A DNA stretch of 64,000 bases, from the NCBI GenBank assembly GCA_964016885.1, contig OZ024745.1, positions 99,758,001 to 99,822,000 on the forward strand. The letters are read 5' to 3'. Each line of letters opens with the position of its first letter. Position 1 is the stretch's first letter. The translations under genes were made by a program, and so were the position numbers. Source of the stretch: Eledone cirrhosa. Its lineage: Eukaryota. The notes under the pieces were generated by a model that made no database searches, was not told the origin of the DNA, and saw only the letters and a program-made list of their open reading frames with translations. Shown one piece after another: positions 39,310 through 51,776 of this stretch.

Positions 39310-42300
39310 TTAAAGTGTCTCTGTTTATCAGGTGACAGTTAAGATTGATCTCTAACACAAGCACAATAATGCCAATATTTTGGAAGATTTATAATTCATT
39401 ATATTGACCCAGTACTTGACATACTTATTTTATTGACAACCAAAAGAGTGAAAAGAAAAGTTGACCTTGGCATGATTCAAACTGAGAATGTAACTAAATA
39501 TCACAAACCATTTAGTCTGGCTCTCTACCAATTCTGCCATACTATTAGCAGACAGAACGGATTATAGAAAAATAATAGTAATCAGATTTCGGCAGTTAAG
39601 AGATTCCAATGAAATTTCCTGACATTTTGGTCACAGGAAATTCATCAAATAATTTTACAGAAAGCCCTATACCCAGCTATGCCAACTTTAGGAAATGGCC
39701 CACTCAGCCAAACTAACTAACCAATAAGGACATGCACAAGTTGTCGACCGACTGAAGAATAAAAGGAAACACAATTAAGTAAATGACACAGAAATTTGTA
39801 TTGTGTCCAATCTGAAAAAACGATATGGACAGTTAATTTGTCAAATGAAAATCTATCTAATTTTAGATTAATTTTTGTGGCCTTGTGCCTATGTAAAAAA
39901 ATTATTTCTAATGTGTACCTGTATCAAAGTTTTATCTATTATGGAGAATGCTTTCAATAGAGAAAATAAAATATATTTTTGCAATAATACTTACTACAAA
40001 TATATACTATAATTTATTTTGTTATAGTTTTGAGGCTATACCACTGATATGAGGGCCAGGAATCTCGTGCTTAAGTTGAAATATTAGTTTCTGAATTAGG
40101 CATGAGGCCAACAATTTGGGAGGAGCGGAATGTTGATCAAATCAACCCCAGTGCATCACAGATACTTTATCTTGTTGACCCCACAAGGATGAAAAGCAAA
40201 GATAACCTCAGAAGGATTTGAACGCAGAATGTAAAGAGATGAATAAATGGAGAAATAAATAAATAGATAATGAGTCTTTGAATCCTGGAAAACTAAGTCC
40301 ACCAAGCAAAAGATTTCAATTTTCCAAGTCTCACTTTAAGCTTTCAGTTTGATATTTTGTAATTAATACAATTTTATTTATCCATTTCATAAATTTCTTT
40401 TACCACTTATACTTTTATATTTCAAGTTTAATGTATATATGTTTCATAAATTTCTTTTCATATACCATATATAATATGCAATGTGTGTATATTTTAGTTT
40501 CAACATTTGACCCATATATACGTTGCATGTTGATTTTTGTAAATACTGTCTGCAACTTTGCTTGGAGTTATGTGTGAGTGAAAAACAAAAAAAAAAAAAA
40601 CACTCAAATGAAATAATTCCCATCATTGTCAATACAGTTCAACAAATCTCTGGAACCCTAGATATTTTATCAATATGTCTATAATGAATAGATTAAATCC
40701 TTCTTTAAATCAATACTTCTAATTAATCGACAATACATTTATTAAAGGGATTACAGCTGCCCTGGCAAAAAAATAGTGCATATGTTTTATACATATGTGA
40801 ATGTTATTTCTGTTTTCACAAAAGACGTTTCCAGTGTGTATTTATTTACAAAACTGATATTCACATAGAGTGAATATTGACATGTGTATGCATGTGCATG
40901 CACGTGTGTGTGTGTTAGTGTTAATGAATGTTAGAGACTGTTACTAATTTGAAGCCAAGTGCAGCAAAGCCCAGTAGATATGCCACATGCAATTTTCACA
41001 CCCATTTTTTAATTTAAAAAACTGCAACTTATCTACAAGTATATATTGTATATCATCATAATTTCATGTTCACTTATCATGCAAGCATGGTTTGGACAGC
41101 TCATCAGAATACAAGTCAACCCTTATTTTGTGTTAAATATTCAGACAATAAAATGTTACAGCTTTTCACAATAAAACACCACCAACCAGTGGAAAAGTAT
41201 GTCTTATGAACAGAAAACTATGTATCTGTCATAGCTACTAATTCCAGAGCAAATATTTAAAAAAAAAACAAAAAAAACCAGGAATCAAACCCATGACATT
41301 ATGATCATAAGTCCAATACCCTTACCACAAGGCCACATGCATCCATGAATGTTTTAAAGCATAGGATAAATGATGGATTTGAAGAAAGAATATATTTTAA
41401 CTACATTAAACAGATAGATTCTGAAAGTTTGATTTGCTTTGTGGTAATGGATATGTGGTACTAGCAACTATTCCTAATCCACCTTCAGAGATAAAATAGC
41501 TTTTAAGTTTAACTACTGTAAAAAATATTAACTTCAGATTTTACATTAGAGTTTATAGACTCAGCTTAATCCTTATATAGTCAGAAGTAACAGGTACTAA
41601 AGAGGACAAATCAAATACTTTTGTGTATACCCATAAAATACATCGATGTTTCAGCTATCCTCTTCTCTTTCCTGTAACTCCTGGGGGTGTCGTAGGAGTG
41701 TCATATTGACATGGTGTTTCTACGGCATTTTAAAACCTGGCAGAGCTCATCTTTCAAGGTCTGAATACAACAGATTTCCTCCAAAGAAAGGTATAGAATG
41801 AGAGAATGGAAAAATGAGAAAAAGATATAGAGGAAGAATCAACCCCAGTAGGCGATTGGTACTTTCTTTTTCAACCTCGAATGGAGAGCATCTAATTTAA
41901 TTTTCACAGGAAATCAAGAAACAGGGTTTGCTCAAACATACATTTATTATACATCACATTAACTGGATTGAAAGATTCAAATACTCAGCATACTGGACAG
42001 CCATATCAAGGGGTCATCACTTCAAGTAATAATGTCATGACTCATAAGGTTAGCAGCTTTATCCACAGTAAAACCGAAGAATACTTCATTACAGTTAATA
42101 CTCCAGAATTTTTAATGGTTATTCTTGAAAATAAACAAGTTCCTAGATTTGTCATCCAAAAATACAATTGGTCAACTTCAGAAGAAATTGCAGATATTAT
42201 TCTGATACTAACAAGGAAATAATACAACCAGAATAAATTATTAGACCATGTAAAATAGTTGGAATATATTCTTCCTTCAAATTCATTTGTCCTCTGCTTT

Positions 42301-42509
42301 AAAACATTCTCAGTAGTTTCATTGTTTTTCTATGTAAAGCAGTGACAATAGTTCTTTTGCACCTTCATTTTAGCCATTTTGATACCAAGAGAAGCTTCAC
42401 TTCAAACAAATAATTCTATTCATCCAAATTATGATCATTGCAGTTTCTTTTGCTGTTTTCATTTGGTGATAGAGGATGTAATGTTGACATCACAGAAAAA
42501 ATACTTTAA

Positions 42510-42701
42510 CCCTTTAGCATTTACATTACTCTATATAAACTATTATATTCTCACAGTAAAGGCTTCATCTCCCATAATATCAAATCTATGAGATTTTGAT
42601 ATTTATTTTAAGAACAATACCTTAATATCAGTATGAGTAGCTGGTTACAGCTGGAGGTGAGAAAATTCTGGCCGGATATGACCAGTTTAAATGCTAACGA
42701 G
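42510..42701 (+). mobile_element. piggyBac-type MITE, family A, inside the Helitron
   Basis: TTAA at 42506-42509 and 42702-42705. Confidence 0.88.
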
Positions 42702-43020
42702 TTAAAGATTACTCAAATGGATTATCACAAATACAAGTTTATGGTACATGAAAATGATTTCAATTATCTTCACCACTCAGTTTAGCACAAGACTATATGC
42801 ATTCTAAAACTAAAGTAGTTAGATTACAATGGATATGATATAATAAAAAAATAAATAAAAAAATCAGAATAGATGCAGAAACTATATCATAATCCCATGG
42901 CAATTGTTCAAAAGTTATAAAAACTTGATTCTTTTTATTATTTTCATGTGTATTCTGAATTAGATAGAAAGTACAAATGAACTGTATCTAGAATAAAGGC
43001 TAATAGACATTATTTAACAA

Positions 43021-43205
43021 GGGCGGTGGATTGGCAGTATCGGTAGAGGGTCGGATGCCATGCTTTCCAGCATAGTTACGTCCCTTTACAATCTGAGTTC
43101 AAATCCCGCCGAGGTTGACTTTGCCTTTCATCCTTACGGGGTCGATAAAATAAAGTACCAGTAATGCACTGGGTAATTGCTGGCCTGGTGCCTAAAGTAG
43201 AAACA
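43021..43205 (+). mobile_element. tRNA-derived SINE, family 1, young full-length copy
   Basis: TSD attatttaacaa at 43009-43020 and 43206-43217. CpGs retained. Confidence 0.95.
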
Positions 43206-44540
43206 ATTATTTAACAAGTTAATACTTCCATATGAAACTTAGGTTATTTATTAGATAATATATTAGAAAAGAACATTATTACAAGTTGCAGAATCTATGT
43301 GGACTATAAAGTTTCAGAAATAAACCCAGCCATCCTTCCCTCTCTCACTCCCACACATATATCAATCATTGAAAATACAAGTTAGATCCAGAAACACAGC
43401 CAACACTTAAAACTGTTACAAAAAATACACTATATCATCATGTGGGAGATATAATCCAAATACACCATACATAGCTGATTGGTAAATGTCAAAAACAATA
43501 TCTCAAATGTTTTTTTGAAACTACAGTTCAGAATGGTTTTTTAGGGAACTGTAGTTTAGAATGCCAACAGCTGTCCACATAAGAAAAATATTAGGGTTAT
43601 AGTTAAAAAAAGTGGTAATACCACAATTTTTTATTTTTTTTACTTATCAGTATTAAATATGGGTGAAGAGAGGCATAAATGAAGATGTGTGTGCAGCTGT
43701 TATATCAGTAAAATATATAGATAGATTCATGGAATAATGTCTATCATGGGAGAAACCAATGCCCAAGAAAAAAAAGGTAAAAAAGATGAAACTGTATCAG
43801 TATCTGAAATCACATGTAAGATAATGGTTTAATGAGAAAAGAAAAATAATAAAAACACACTTCACTAGATGTAGGTACTTTGTATTTTTCTAAAAAGATC
43901 AATAAATGTTCTATTAAATGCTTTTGAAAAGGAAAGGAGTCAAGGTTAACTCATCTGAAATATAGACATCAGCTCAAATGTTATAAACAGTTTTTTTCCC
44001 CTCTTTACTGCAATCTTGCAAGTAGCACTATTAACTGGATTCAGTTTATTACATCATATTGCAAGAGCTATATTATTTAAAGTTATGAAAGTTATTGTGA
44101 CATCTGAGCTACTGACAAAAATGCAGCAATAGCAATGAATTTAGCAGAGTATGAAGATAAATACTATCAGACAATGGAGAATGCTTGTCTTTCTGCAGGG
44201 CCACATCAACTACAAAGACTTGTTTGTTTACTCTTTACTGCAATCTTGCAAAGCCTGAGAAATTATTTAGAGCATTTGAAAAACCATTTTCGGGTGATGA
44301 AATGAAGTATGGGAGTATTTGAAATTGCTAGTTTCATGAGACAACATACTATGAAAAATCTTGAACCTATTTTATGAGAAAAAATAAGTTACTTTTTAAT
44401 GAAAAATACACAATTTTGATATGGGTCACTAGGTTGCTTTCTAAAAAATAAAACAAGCAATTCATATTAAACAAGTAGGTATTAACAATAATGTTTTACC
44501 AACATCTAAGCTTTTCTTTTCTGGTGGACCTGGTGGATCC

Positions 44541-44728
44541 AATAATTGTTTCTACTTTTGGCACAAGGTCAGGAATTATCCCAGTGTATTACTGGTACTT
44601 TATTTCATCGACCCCCCGTAAGGATGAAAGGCAAAGTTAACCTCGGCAGGATTTGAACTCAGACCATAAAGGGCCGTAACTCTTTGCTGCAAAGCAAGGC
44701 GTCTGACTCTCTACTGATTCTGCCTAAT
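44541..44728 (-). mobile_element. tRNA-derived SINE, family 1, inserted in the Helitron Walker A region
   Basis: Reverse complement of core and tail, starting immediately after ggacctggtggatcc. Confidence 0.9.
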
Positions 44729-45591
44729 GTCATTCTATTATATGTCAACAAAGTACTTCATCTCTTATAGTTGCTTTGTTACTTTCTGGAAAGTAAAAGC
44801 TTATTCTACATTAGGCCTTCCACTCAATCTAGTTAATAGTGCTACATGCAGTATTACAATACAGATGGAAAAAAACTGTTTGTAACATCATGTCTATATT
44901 TCAGTTGAGTTAACCATGGCTCATTCCCTTTTCAAAACATTTAAAATCACATTTACAGATCTTATGAAATCTGTAAATCTAAGGGTTGAAGACACCCATT
45001 TTTGAGAGAAAATTATTTTTAGAGGGAAATTTGGATAAATATTTGGACAATACATGATAGAGAACAGCGATTTTTTTGTTGCTAGTTTTAATAATTTATC
45101 AATTTAGAAACATGTTAAAAAGCTTGAAATGACAAGAAAGAAACATGACTAAAGTCATATTCGGAAAATTCAGAAAAGTAGCAAAAAAAAAAAAAAAATG
45201 AATTCAGCAAATATATATTTCCTGGAGGAAATAGCACCAAACCTGAAGAAACAAATGGAGAAACTAAAATACCAGAAACATGTAACAATGTTGGGGATTT
45301 TTAGACCTAATTTCTTCAGTTTGCAATAAAAAATATCATGCAAGAATGTATTGTTGAACTTGAAAAAGATTTTCTAAAATGGTTATTGAATATAAGACTA
45401 TTACATAACATATCACCAAAGATGGTAAACAAGAGCCGATATCAAATAATATAACAGAAAATGATCTTACAGATAAAAACCAAGAGCAAACAACACAATA
45501 GATGATGGTGAACCTCTAATTTTCTTTGAAGATGAAAAACAAAAACTAACAAACAGAATGAAACTAACATAAAAAATGAAGCTAAAGACGA

Positions 45592-45628
<37 letters not shown>

Positions 45629-45629
<1 letters not shown>

Positions 45630-46380
45630 GGCTTTGCTCTGTGGTTAAGGAGTTTGGTTTGCAACCATATGGTTTTAGGTTGTTTCATTGTATGGCAGCT
45701 TGGGGAAAATGTCAGGTTCAGTCACACTGTATGACAGCTTGTAGAAAATGTCAGGTTCAGTTACACTGTATGACAGCTTGGGGAAAATGTCAAGTTCAGT
45801 CACACTGTATGGCAGCTTGGGGAAAATGTCAAGTTCAGTCACACTGTATGGCAGCTTGGGGAAAATGTCAAGTTCAGTCACACTGTATGACAGCTTGGGG
45901 AAAATGTCAAGTTCAGTCACACTGTATGACAGCTTGGGGAAAATGTCAAGTTCAGTCACACTGTATGACAGCTTGGGGAAAATGTCAAGTTCAGTCACAC
46001 TGTATGACAGCTTGGGGAAAATGTCAAGTTCAGTCACACTGTATGACAGCTTGGGGAAAATGTCAGGTTCAGTCACACTGTATGACAGCTTGGGGAAAAT
46101 GTCAGGTTCAGTTACACTGTATGACAGCTTGTAGAAAATGTCAAGTTCAGGCACACTGTATGACAGCTTGGGGAAAATGTCAAGTTCAGTTACACTGTAT
46201 GACAGCTTGTAGAAAATGTCAAGTTCAGTCACACTGTATGACAGCTTGTAGAAAATGTCAAGTTCAGTCACACTGTATGGCAGCTTGGGAAAGTGTCAGG
46301 TTCAGTCACACTGTATGGCAGTTTGGTAGTGTGTCTACTCTAGCCACTGACCAATGACTTGTGAGTGAAATCCATATGTA
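45629..46380 (+). mobile_element. tRNA-derived SINE, family 2, expanded by an internal minisatellite
   Basis: A-box-like head ggctttgctctgtggttaagg precedes the array. The SINE body tctactctagcc..gaccaa..cttgtgagtg resumes after it. Confidence 0.65.
45686..46325. repeat. Minisatellite, ~16.5 x 39 bp (cactgtatgacagcttggggaaaatgtcaagttcagtca)
   Basis: 15 in-frame 39-bp units plus one 38-bp unit and a partial unit. No spacers. Confidence 0.97.
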
Positions 46381-46702
46381 TGTACATATATTAGATGTAT
46401 TTTTTATATCTACTCTTTTACCTGGTGCAGCCATCCAGCTGAAGCCATATCTATATACATTTAAAGATCAACTATTTATTTTATTGTTCAATTCCAAGAT
46501 AACCAATATCATACCTAACTTACACAAGCACACCATATATATATATATATCATCACCGTTTTACGTCCATTTTTCCATACTAGTATGGGTTAGACGAGTT
46601 GTCCTGTTGTGGGCAATGCTAAGTCAGGTGACCATGTCTTGCATATACAGAACTGATTTTGGCCTGGTTCCTACAGATGGATGCCATTCCTAATAACACC
46701 CA

Positions 46703-46744
<42 letters not shown>

Positions 46745-48327
46745 AAAAATTACTCTAACTGCAGATATGAAATTTGGATGAATATAAAAATTAAAGCGGT
46801 GATGATGATAATGTAATATAATATAATATAAAAGATAATATAGCTTATGCAAATCTGTTTTCAATTTCTGTAGATTTCAAAAGCTCTCGCTGGAGAGATA
46901 TGTTTGTAATTGGTATGAACTCTTGTAATCTAAACACCTGGCACCGCCAAAATTATTTGAAATTGAAAATTAACTTGAAAGAGCTTAACATTTGTGCCAG
47001 AGTTAGAAGTCAAGAAGGATCTAAAACCCTTCAGAAGTGATATTGATAAGATCAACAGCTGCAGAATAATCAGAAATATATAAAGTTAAACATTTTCATT
47101 TAGGGGTCTGCCCTCTTCTTTCTATATTTATTATCATGTGATAAATATTATGCCGGCCTTCTTAAGTGATACATAGTAAATCCTTCAGATAGATCTATTA
47201 GGATTAACAATGAGATTACATGTGCGTGTTACCACGCAAGTTCTTTATAACTTAATTTACCACCTGGTGTCGAGATAGTCATTAAGTTTCTATTTGCTTT
47301 ATGGTATTGTATATCCGGTAAGATTTCAGTGACATACTAAAAAATTCTTATGTTTATCATGTTTTAGAAATGTTGCAAATAATTACATTTATGTTGGTAG
47401 GAATAATTTTGTATTATTTTGCTGGCTGACAAAATTATTTCTCAGACAGAAAAGAAAAGAAAAAAAAAAGTCCAAGAACAACACATCTGAAATAAAGTGT
47501 AGTAAATTACAAAGCTGTATATATCATCATCATATGTCCACTTTCCAAGCTTGCATAGGTTAGATGAGTTGCCATGATTTGAGACTGGATTGGTTGGAGA
47601 ACCACATCTCTCTTGAACATTTCATTTTAGGCATGGTTTCTACAGCCAGATGCCTTTACTTATACCAACCCCTTTAAAAGTGTGCAGGGTGCTTTTTATT
47701 GTGGTACTGGATGTACTAACTGAATTTTATCATGGTACCAGCATTAGTATTGTTCATTTTTTTAGCTAATTTTGTGAACAGTAGCATCGCTGGTTACAGA
47801 TTTCCAATGAGATAATCTCTAGTTCATTGGGGTTTTTTTTAATGGCGAGTGTGACAAGAAGGTCTGACCAACTTGGGTGGATAAAGGTATTTCCGTCTTA
47901 CACACCAATTTATCAGTAATTTTACTTGTGACATATGCACACACTATCAAATCTCACCTGTAAGTCAACTAGAGTCTATAGTAGAAGAAACTTTCTCAAA
48001 GTGATGTCTATGTAGTTGGGATCAAACATGGAATTATATGGTTGTAAAGTAAACTATTTAGCCACAACTATGCCTACAACCCTATGAAGATGGTATCTCA
48101 AATATTTCCTCACATCATTCTCTAGATATAGCTGTATCAAATCAACCACATGGCTCTAAAAAAAATAGACTGAAAGAACGTATCACCTACAATATCCACA
48201 ATCTCTCATGTTACCAACAACACCGAATAACAAATACAACCAACAATCATACTCAACAACAAAAACATACCAGATGCCAATAAGGCAGCTTATACATAGA
48301 AATAGTAGCTAAATCATCCCTAAAATA

Positions 48328-48646
48328 TATAGACGAGTTGAGAAAGAAACTGTGTATAAGAGGGATAAGTTGTGGTGTGCAGGAGAGAAGGCTGAGATGG
48401 TATGGACATGTGATGCGCATGGAGGATGACCACTGGGTAAAGAAGTGCCAAGAAATCCCAGTAGAAGCAAGACGCAGTAGAGGTAAACCATGAAAAACAT
48501 GGGCGGAGGTGGTGAGAGCAGACCTCAGATTGCTGAAACTCACCAAGGAGATGACAAAGGAACGTGACATGTGGAGAGATGCTGTGCTGAATAGGACCTG
48601 TCCAACCCTTGCAAGCAGGGAAAAGCGGACGTAAAATGATGATGAT
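48328..48646 (+). mobile_element. RTE subfamily B, 3' end with (GAT)n tail
   Basis: IRGISCGVQERRLRWYGHVMRMEDDHWVKKCQ; near-identical to 63795-63930. Confidence 0.93.
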
Positions 48647-48650
48647 ATAT

Positions 48651-50560
48651 ATCATCATCATCATCATAATCGTTTAACGTCCACATTCCACGCTTGCATG
48701 GGTTTGGACGGGAGTTTTCCCACTTGAGGCAAGAGTGGTTGTCTTGCTCACATAGCACTGTCTGGCGGGTTTTCTACAGCTGGATACCCTTCCTAACACC
48801 AACCACATTTACAGTGTGGAACTGGGAGGTTTTTACCATGTTACCTACACGGCCACATTACAGCGTGGACTGTGCGCTTTTTTGTCGTGACACCTACACG
48901 ACCTCATTTGTTTCGGCCTGGATGTTGTGGCACCAACATAACTTTACATTGAAAGGGGCGGTGTGGATGGGGTGGGGGTGGTGAGACGAGGGTGTATTTT
49001 GTTAGAGGTGCCTACTGACTGTAGTAGGTTTTACTTTGTATTTAGGTAAGGTGGGTCTTCTCTATTACTGAGTACCGCCAAAGATCTCGGTCCAGTGACA
49101 TTGTCTTGGAGAGGTGTAAGTGTGTGAGGTCGTAATTTATCAAGTCGTCCCAGGTTTTTCTGGGTCTGCCTACTCCGTGGCTACCGTCTATTTTTATTGC
49201 CCTGCACTTTTTTATACAGCTGTCATCTTTCATGCGCATCACGTGACCATACCAACGTAGCCTTCTCTCGAGTAAACAACATCTGATCCCTCTTATTTTT
49301 AATTTTTCCCTTAGTTCGTTAATGCTTTGCCGTTCACGTATATTACTATTACACATCCAGCGGAGCATGCAAGCTTCATTCCTCTCTAGTCTGCGTATAT
49401 CCTCTGCACACAATGCCCAGGTCTCACTGCCATGCACCATTGCTGTTCGTATGCAGGCATCATACAGCCTGCCTTTCATTTTTAGGGAGAACCCTTTAGC
49501 GGCTAATAGTGGTATAAGCTCTCTGAACTTTTTCCATCCAATTCTGACTCTAGCTACTGTACTTTCACCCTCCCCCACTGCTGATTTTGTCACCCAGGTA
49601 ACGGAAGCTGTCCACTATTTCTATAGAACCCTCTGCGCAATTGAAAGAGCTAGTATTTTGTGGGCACCAGAGCACCGGCCACATGTAAAATCTATGTTCT
49701 TAGTTAGCTTACCTGTGATCCCGCTACATCTTTTATGCACCCATACTATGCATTTGGGACATAAAATGGAGTTTCTACCTACGCCTCTCCTACACACTGA
49801 GCATGGCCATTTCCCGGAAGGGACCGGCGCCCTATTTTCTTTCCTACAAACTAGAACTTTAGTCTTAGCCAGGTTAATTTTAAGGCCTTTTGATTCTAGG
49901 CCGTGCTTCCATGTTTGGAATTTCTTCTCTAGCTCGGCCATTGATTCAGCTATGAGCGTTAGATCATCTGCATATAGGAGTTCCCATGGGCAGCCGGTCT
50001 TGAACTCCACTGTTATAGCCTGAAGGGCAATAATAAATAGTAGGGGGCTAAGAACGGAGCCCTGATGAACACCAACTTTTACACTAAACTCTTCACTATA
50101 TTCGTTGTTAATTCTAACCTTGCTGACTGTTTCTTTATACATGGCTTGTATAACTCTCACAAGCCATTCATCAACACCTAGTTTTCTAAGAGCCCACCAG
50201 ATAATGGAACGGGGGACTCTGTGGAAGGCTTTCTCCAAGTCGACAAAAGCTAAGTATAGGGGTTTACTTTTAGCTAGGTACTTCTCCTGTAGTTGTCGTA
50301 CAATGAAAAGAGCGTCTATGGTACTTTTGCCTGACACAAACCCGAACTGCATTTCATCTAGATCAATTCTCTCTCTGATTAGTTGTGCTATTACTTTTTC
50401 CGTGACCTTCATGACCTGGTCGATTAATTTAATGCCTCTATAGTTACTCCTATCTAGGGCATCTCCTTTACCCTTGTAACAGTTAATGATGATGCTGCTA
50501 TACCAGTCCTTCGGAACAACCCCATTCTGTATGACTTGGTTTACTATCCGAGTAACCATG
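48651..50560 (-). mobile_element. 5'-truncated RTE LINE, subfamily A: RT with inserted PHD finger, C-terminus, 3' UTR
   Basis: ORFs 49621-50559 and 49042-49593: NYRGIKL, QFGF, FVDLEKAF, GVHQGSVLSP, LLYADD, KTK, C4HC3 finger (49672-49803), FRYLG, RLRWYGH, GRPRKTW. Two frameshifts (near 49650, and a 5-bp deletion near 49566). Confidence 0.95.
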
Positions 50561-50739
50561 GTATATAAATCAATGGCATAATGTAATACCAGACAGACTG
50601 TTTGAGATGGTCATGACTGGAATGCTTTTGATATTAAGTCAGCTTGTCCAGAGTATCAGGGGCTAAATAACAAATATGTTATACATAAACAAAAATAATA
50701 GTAATTGTATATAGCACCACATTACAATATTCAGAACAT

Positions 50740-51060
50740 AACTGGCACCGTCAGTTACGACGACAAGTATTCCAATTGATCCGATCAACGGAACAGCCTG
50801 CTCGTGAAATTAACGTGCAAGTGGCTGAGCATTCCACAGACACGTGTACCCTTAACGTATTCTCAGTGAGATTCAGCGTGACACAGAATGTGACAAGGCT
50901 GGCCCTTCGAATTACAGGTACAACTCATTTTTTGCCAGCGGAGTGGACTGGCGCAACATGAAATAAAGTTTATTGCTCAAGAACACAACACGCTGCTGGG
51001 AAACAAACTCACAACCATACGATTGTGAGCTGACTACCCTAACCACAAAGCCACACGCCA
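50740..51060 (-). mobile_element. tRNA-derived SINE, family 4, near full length
   Basis: Head ggcgtgtggctttgtggttaggg..gagtttgtttccc and a CpG-rich body. A degenerate partial copy lies at about 54640-54810. Confidence 0.8.
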
Positions 51061-51443
51061 TTCAAAACATATATAGAAGATATTCTAAGTAAAACAACAG
51101 ACAGACAGTATATTTTGCTAACAAAATGAAACAAAGACAAGTACACAAAACCCAAGATTATAGCAATCCTGCATGGGTCGTCAAAAATAGCACAAACCAT
51201 AAACAAGATAGAACATTACATCAACACAGGATACACGTAAACCATCTGTATAATGGGAAAATGTACTTAAAATACAAGGCAACTTTATGTGAAGAGCACA
51301 GTTTGTTATATTTGAAACATATTTGTAATGCATTTCAATGACTGGGTGTAATTCACAGATCCACTGCTCTAGAAAAGTTCTTCCTTTACCTTGCTGAATT
51401 CAATACATTCCCAACATGCACCCAGTCATTTGAATGTGCTATG

Positions 51444-51776
51444 ATAATAATAATGAAATTATTGTGTAGTGCTCAGGTGCACTACAACTCGTCAAAGGTG
51501 CATGTATTGTACATATAATAATATACAAATGTCAGGGAAGTGAATAGTGCATGAGTCATGATATACATGTGTGCATGTGTATGGAGCGGGAATATTAGAT
51601 GTAGTGTTAGCAAATCTCAGGAAGCATGGAGGTTTTAAAGGATGCAGTATCTCGACAGCTAATAACTGATGCAGGTAGTTTGTTCCATGCTTCAGCAACT
51701 GAGTGTGAAAAAATGTTTCCGAAGGTCATGGGAGCTGTGCTGTTTTCTGACTGTGTGGGCATGGCCACGTGTGTTA
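51444..51776 (-). mobile_element. CR1-clade LINE 3' end with (ATT)n tail
   Basis: TRGHAHTVRKQHSSHDLRKHFF..AWNKLPASVISCRDTASFK matches the CR1 C-terminal pattern TRGH..K..R..FF..RV...WN.LP......FK. Confidence 0.85.

Larger units (their letters stand above)
41430..47250 (+). mobile_element. Decayed autonomous Helitron (RepHel pseudogene) with several younger insertions
   Basis: RepHel motifs in canonical order: CGNGYVVLATIPNPP (~41440), FAQTYIY (~41927), KYNWSTSEEIADII (~42160), HPNYD.LQFLLLFSFGDRG (~42420), MDYHKYKF..FNYL (~42717), MQKLYHNPMAIVQK (~42873), MWTIKFQK (~43297), DPETQPTL..CGRYNPNTP..KCQKQY (43385-43500), NEDVCAAVISVKYI (~43678), KNAAIAMNL..GPHQLQRL (~44120), KLFFSGGPGGS (Walker A, 44508-44540), VALLLSG..AYSTLGLPLNL (~44770), ARVRS (~46996). 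Confidence 0.85.

Noticed and set aside
43021-43110. tRNA gene
   Set aside because: A/B-box-like SINE head continuing into a SINE core with TSD; no complete cloverleaf seen.
44001-44251. 21-bp exact repeat ctctttactgcaatcttgcaa as a TSD
   Set aside because: The enclosed 230 bp is colinear Helitron coding sequence rather than an insert; more likely a small local templated copy.
45641-46357. 238-aa Cys/His-rich ORF as a zinc-finger or metallothionein gene (or the array as CRISPR)
   Set aside because: It is the translation of a spacerless 39-bp minisatellite inside a SINE, it has a non-ATG start, and several frames are open at once.
49322-50443. Plus-strand ORFs of 233 and 112 aa; likewise minus-strand ORFs over 62345-63959
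   Set aside because: Antisense shadows of RTE coding sequence.
49042-50559. Active LINE, or a bacterial retron/group II intron RT
   Set aside because: RTE-type motifs and tail; 5'-truncated, no endonuclease, two frameshifts.
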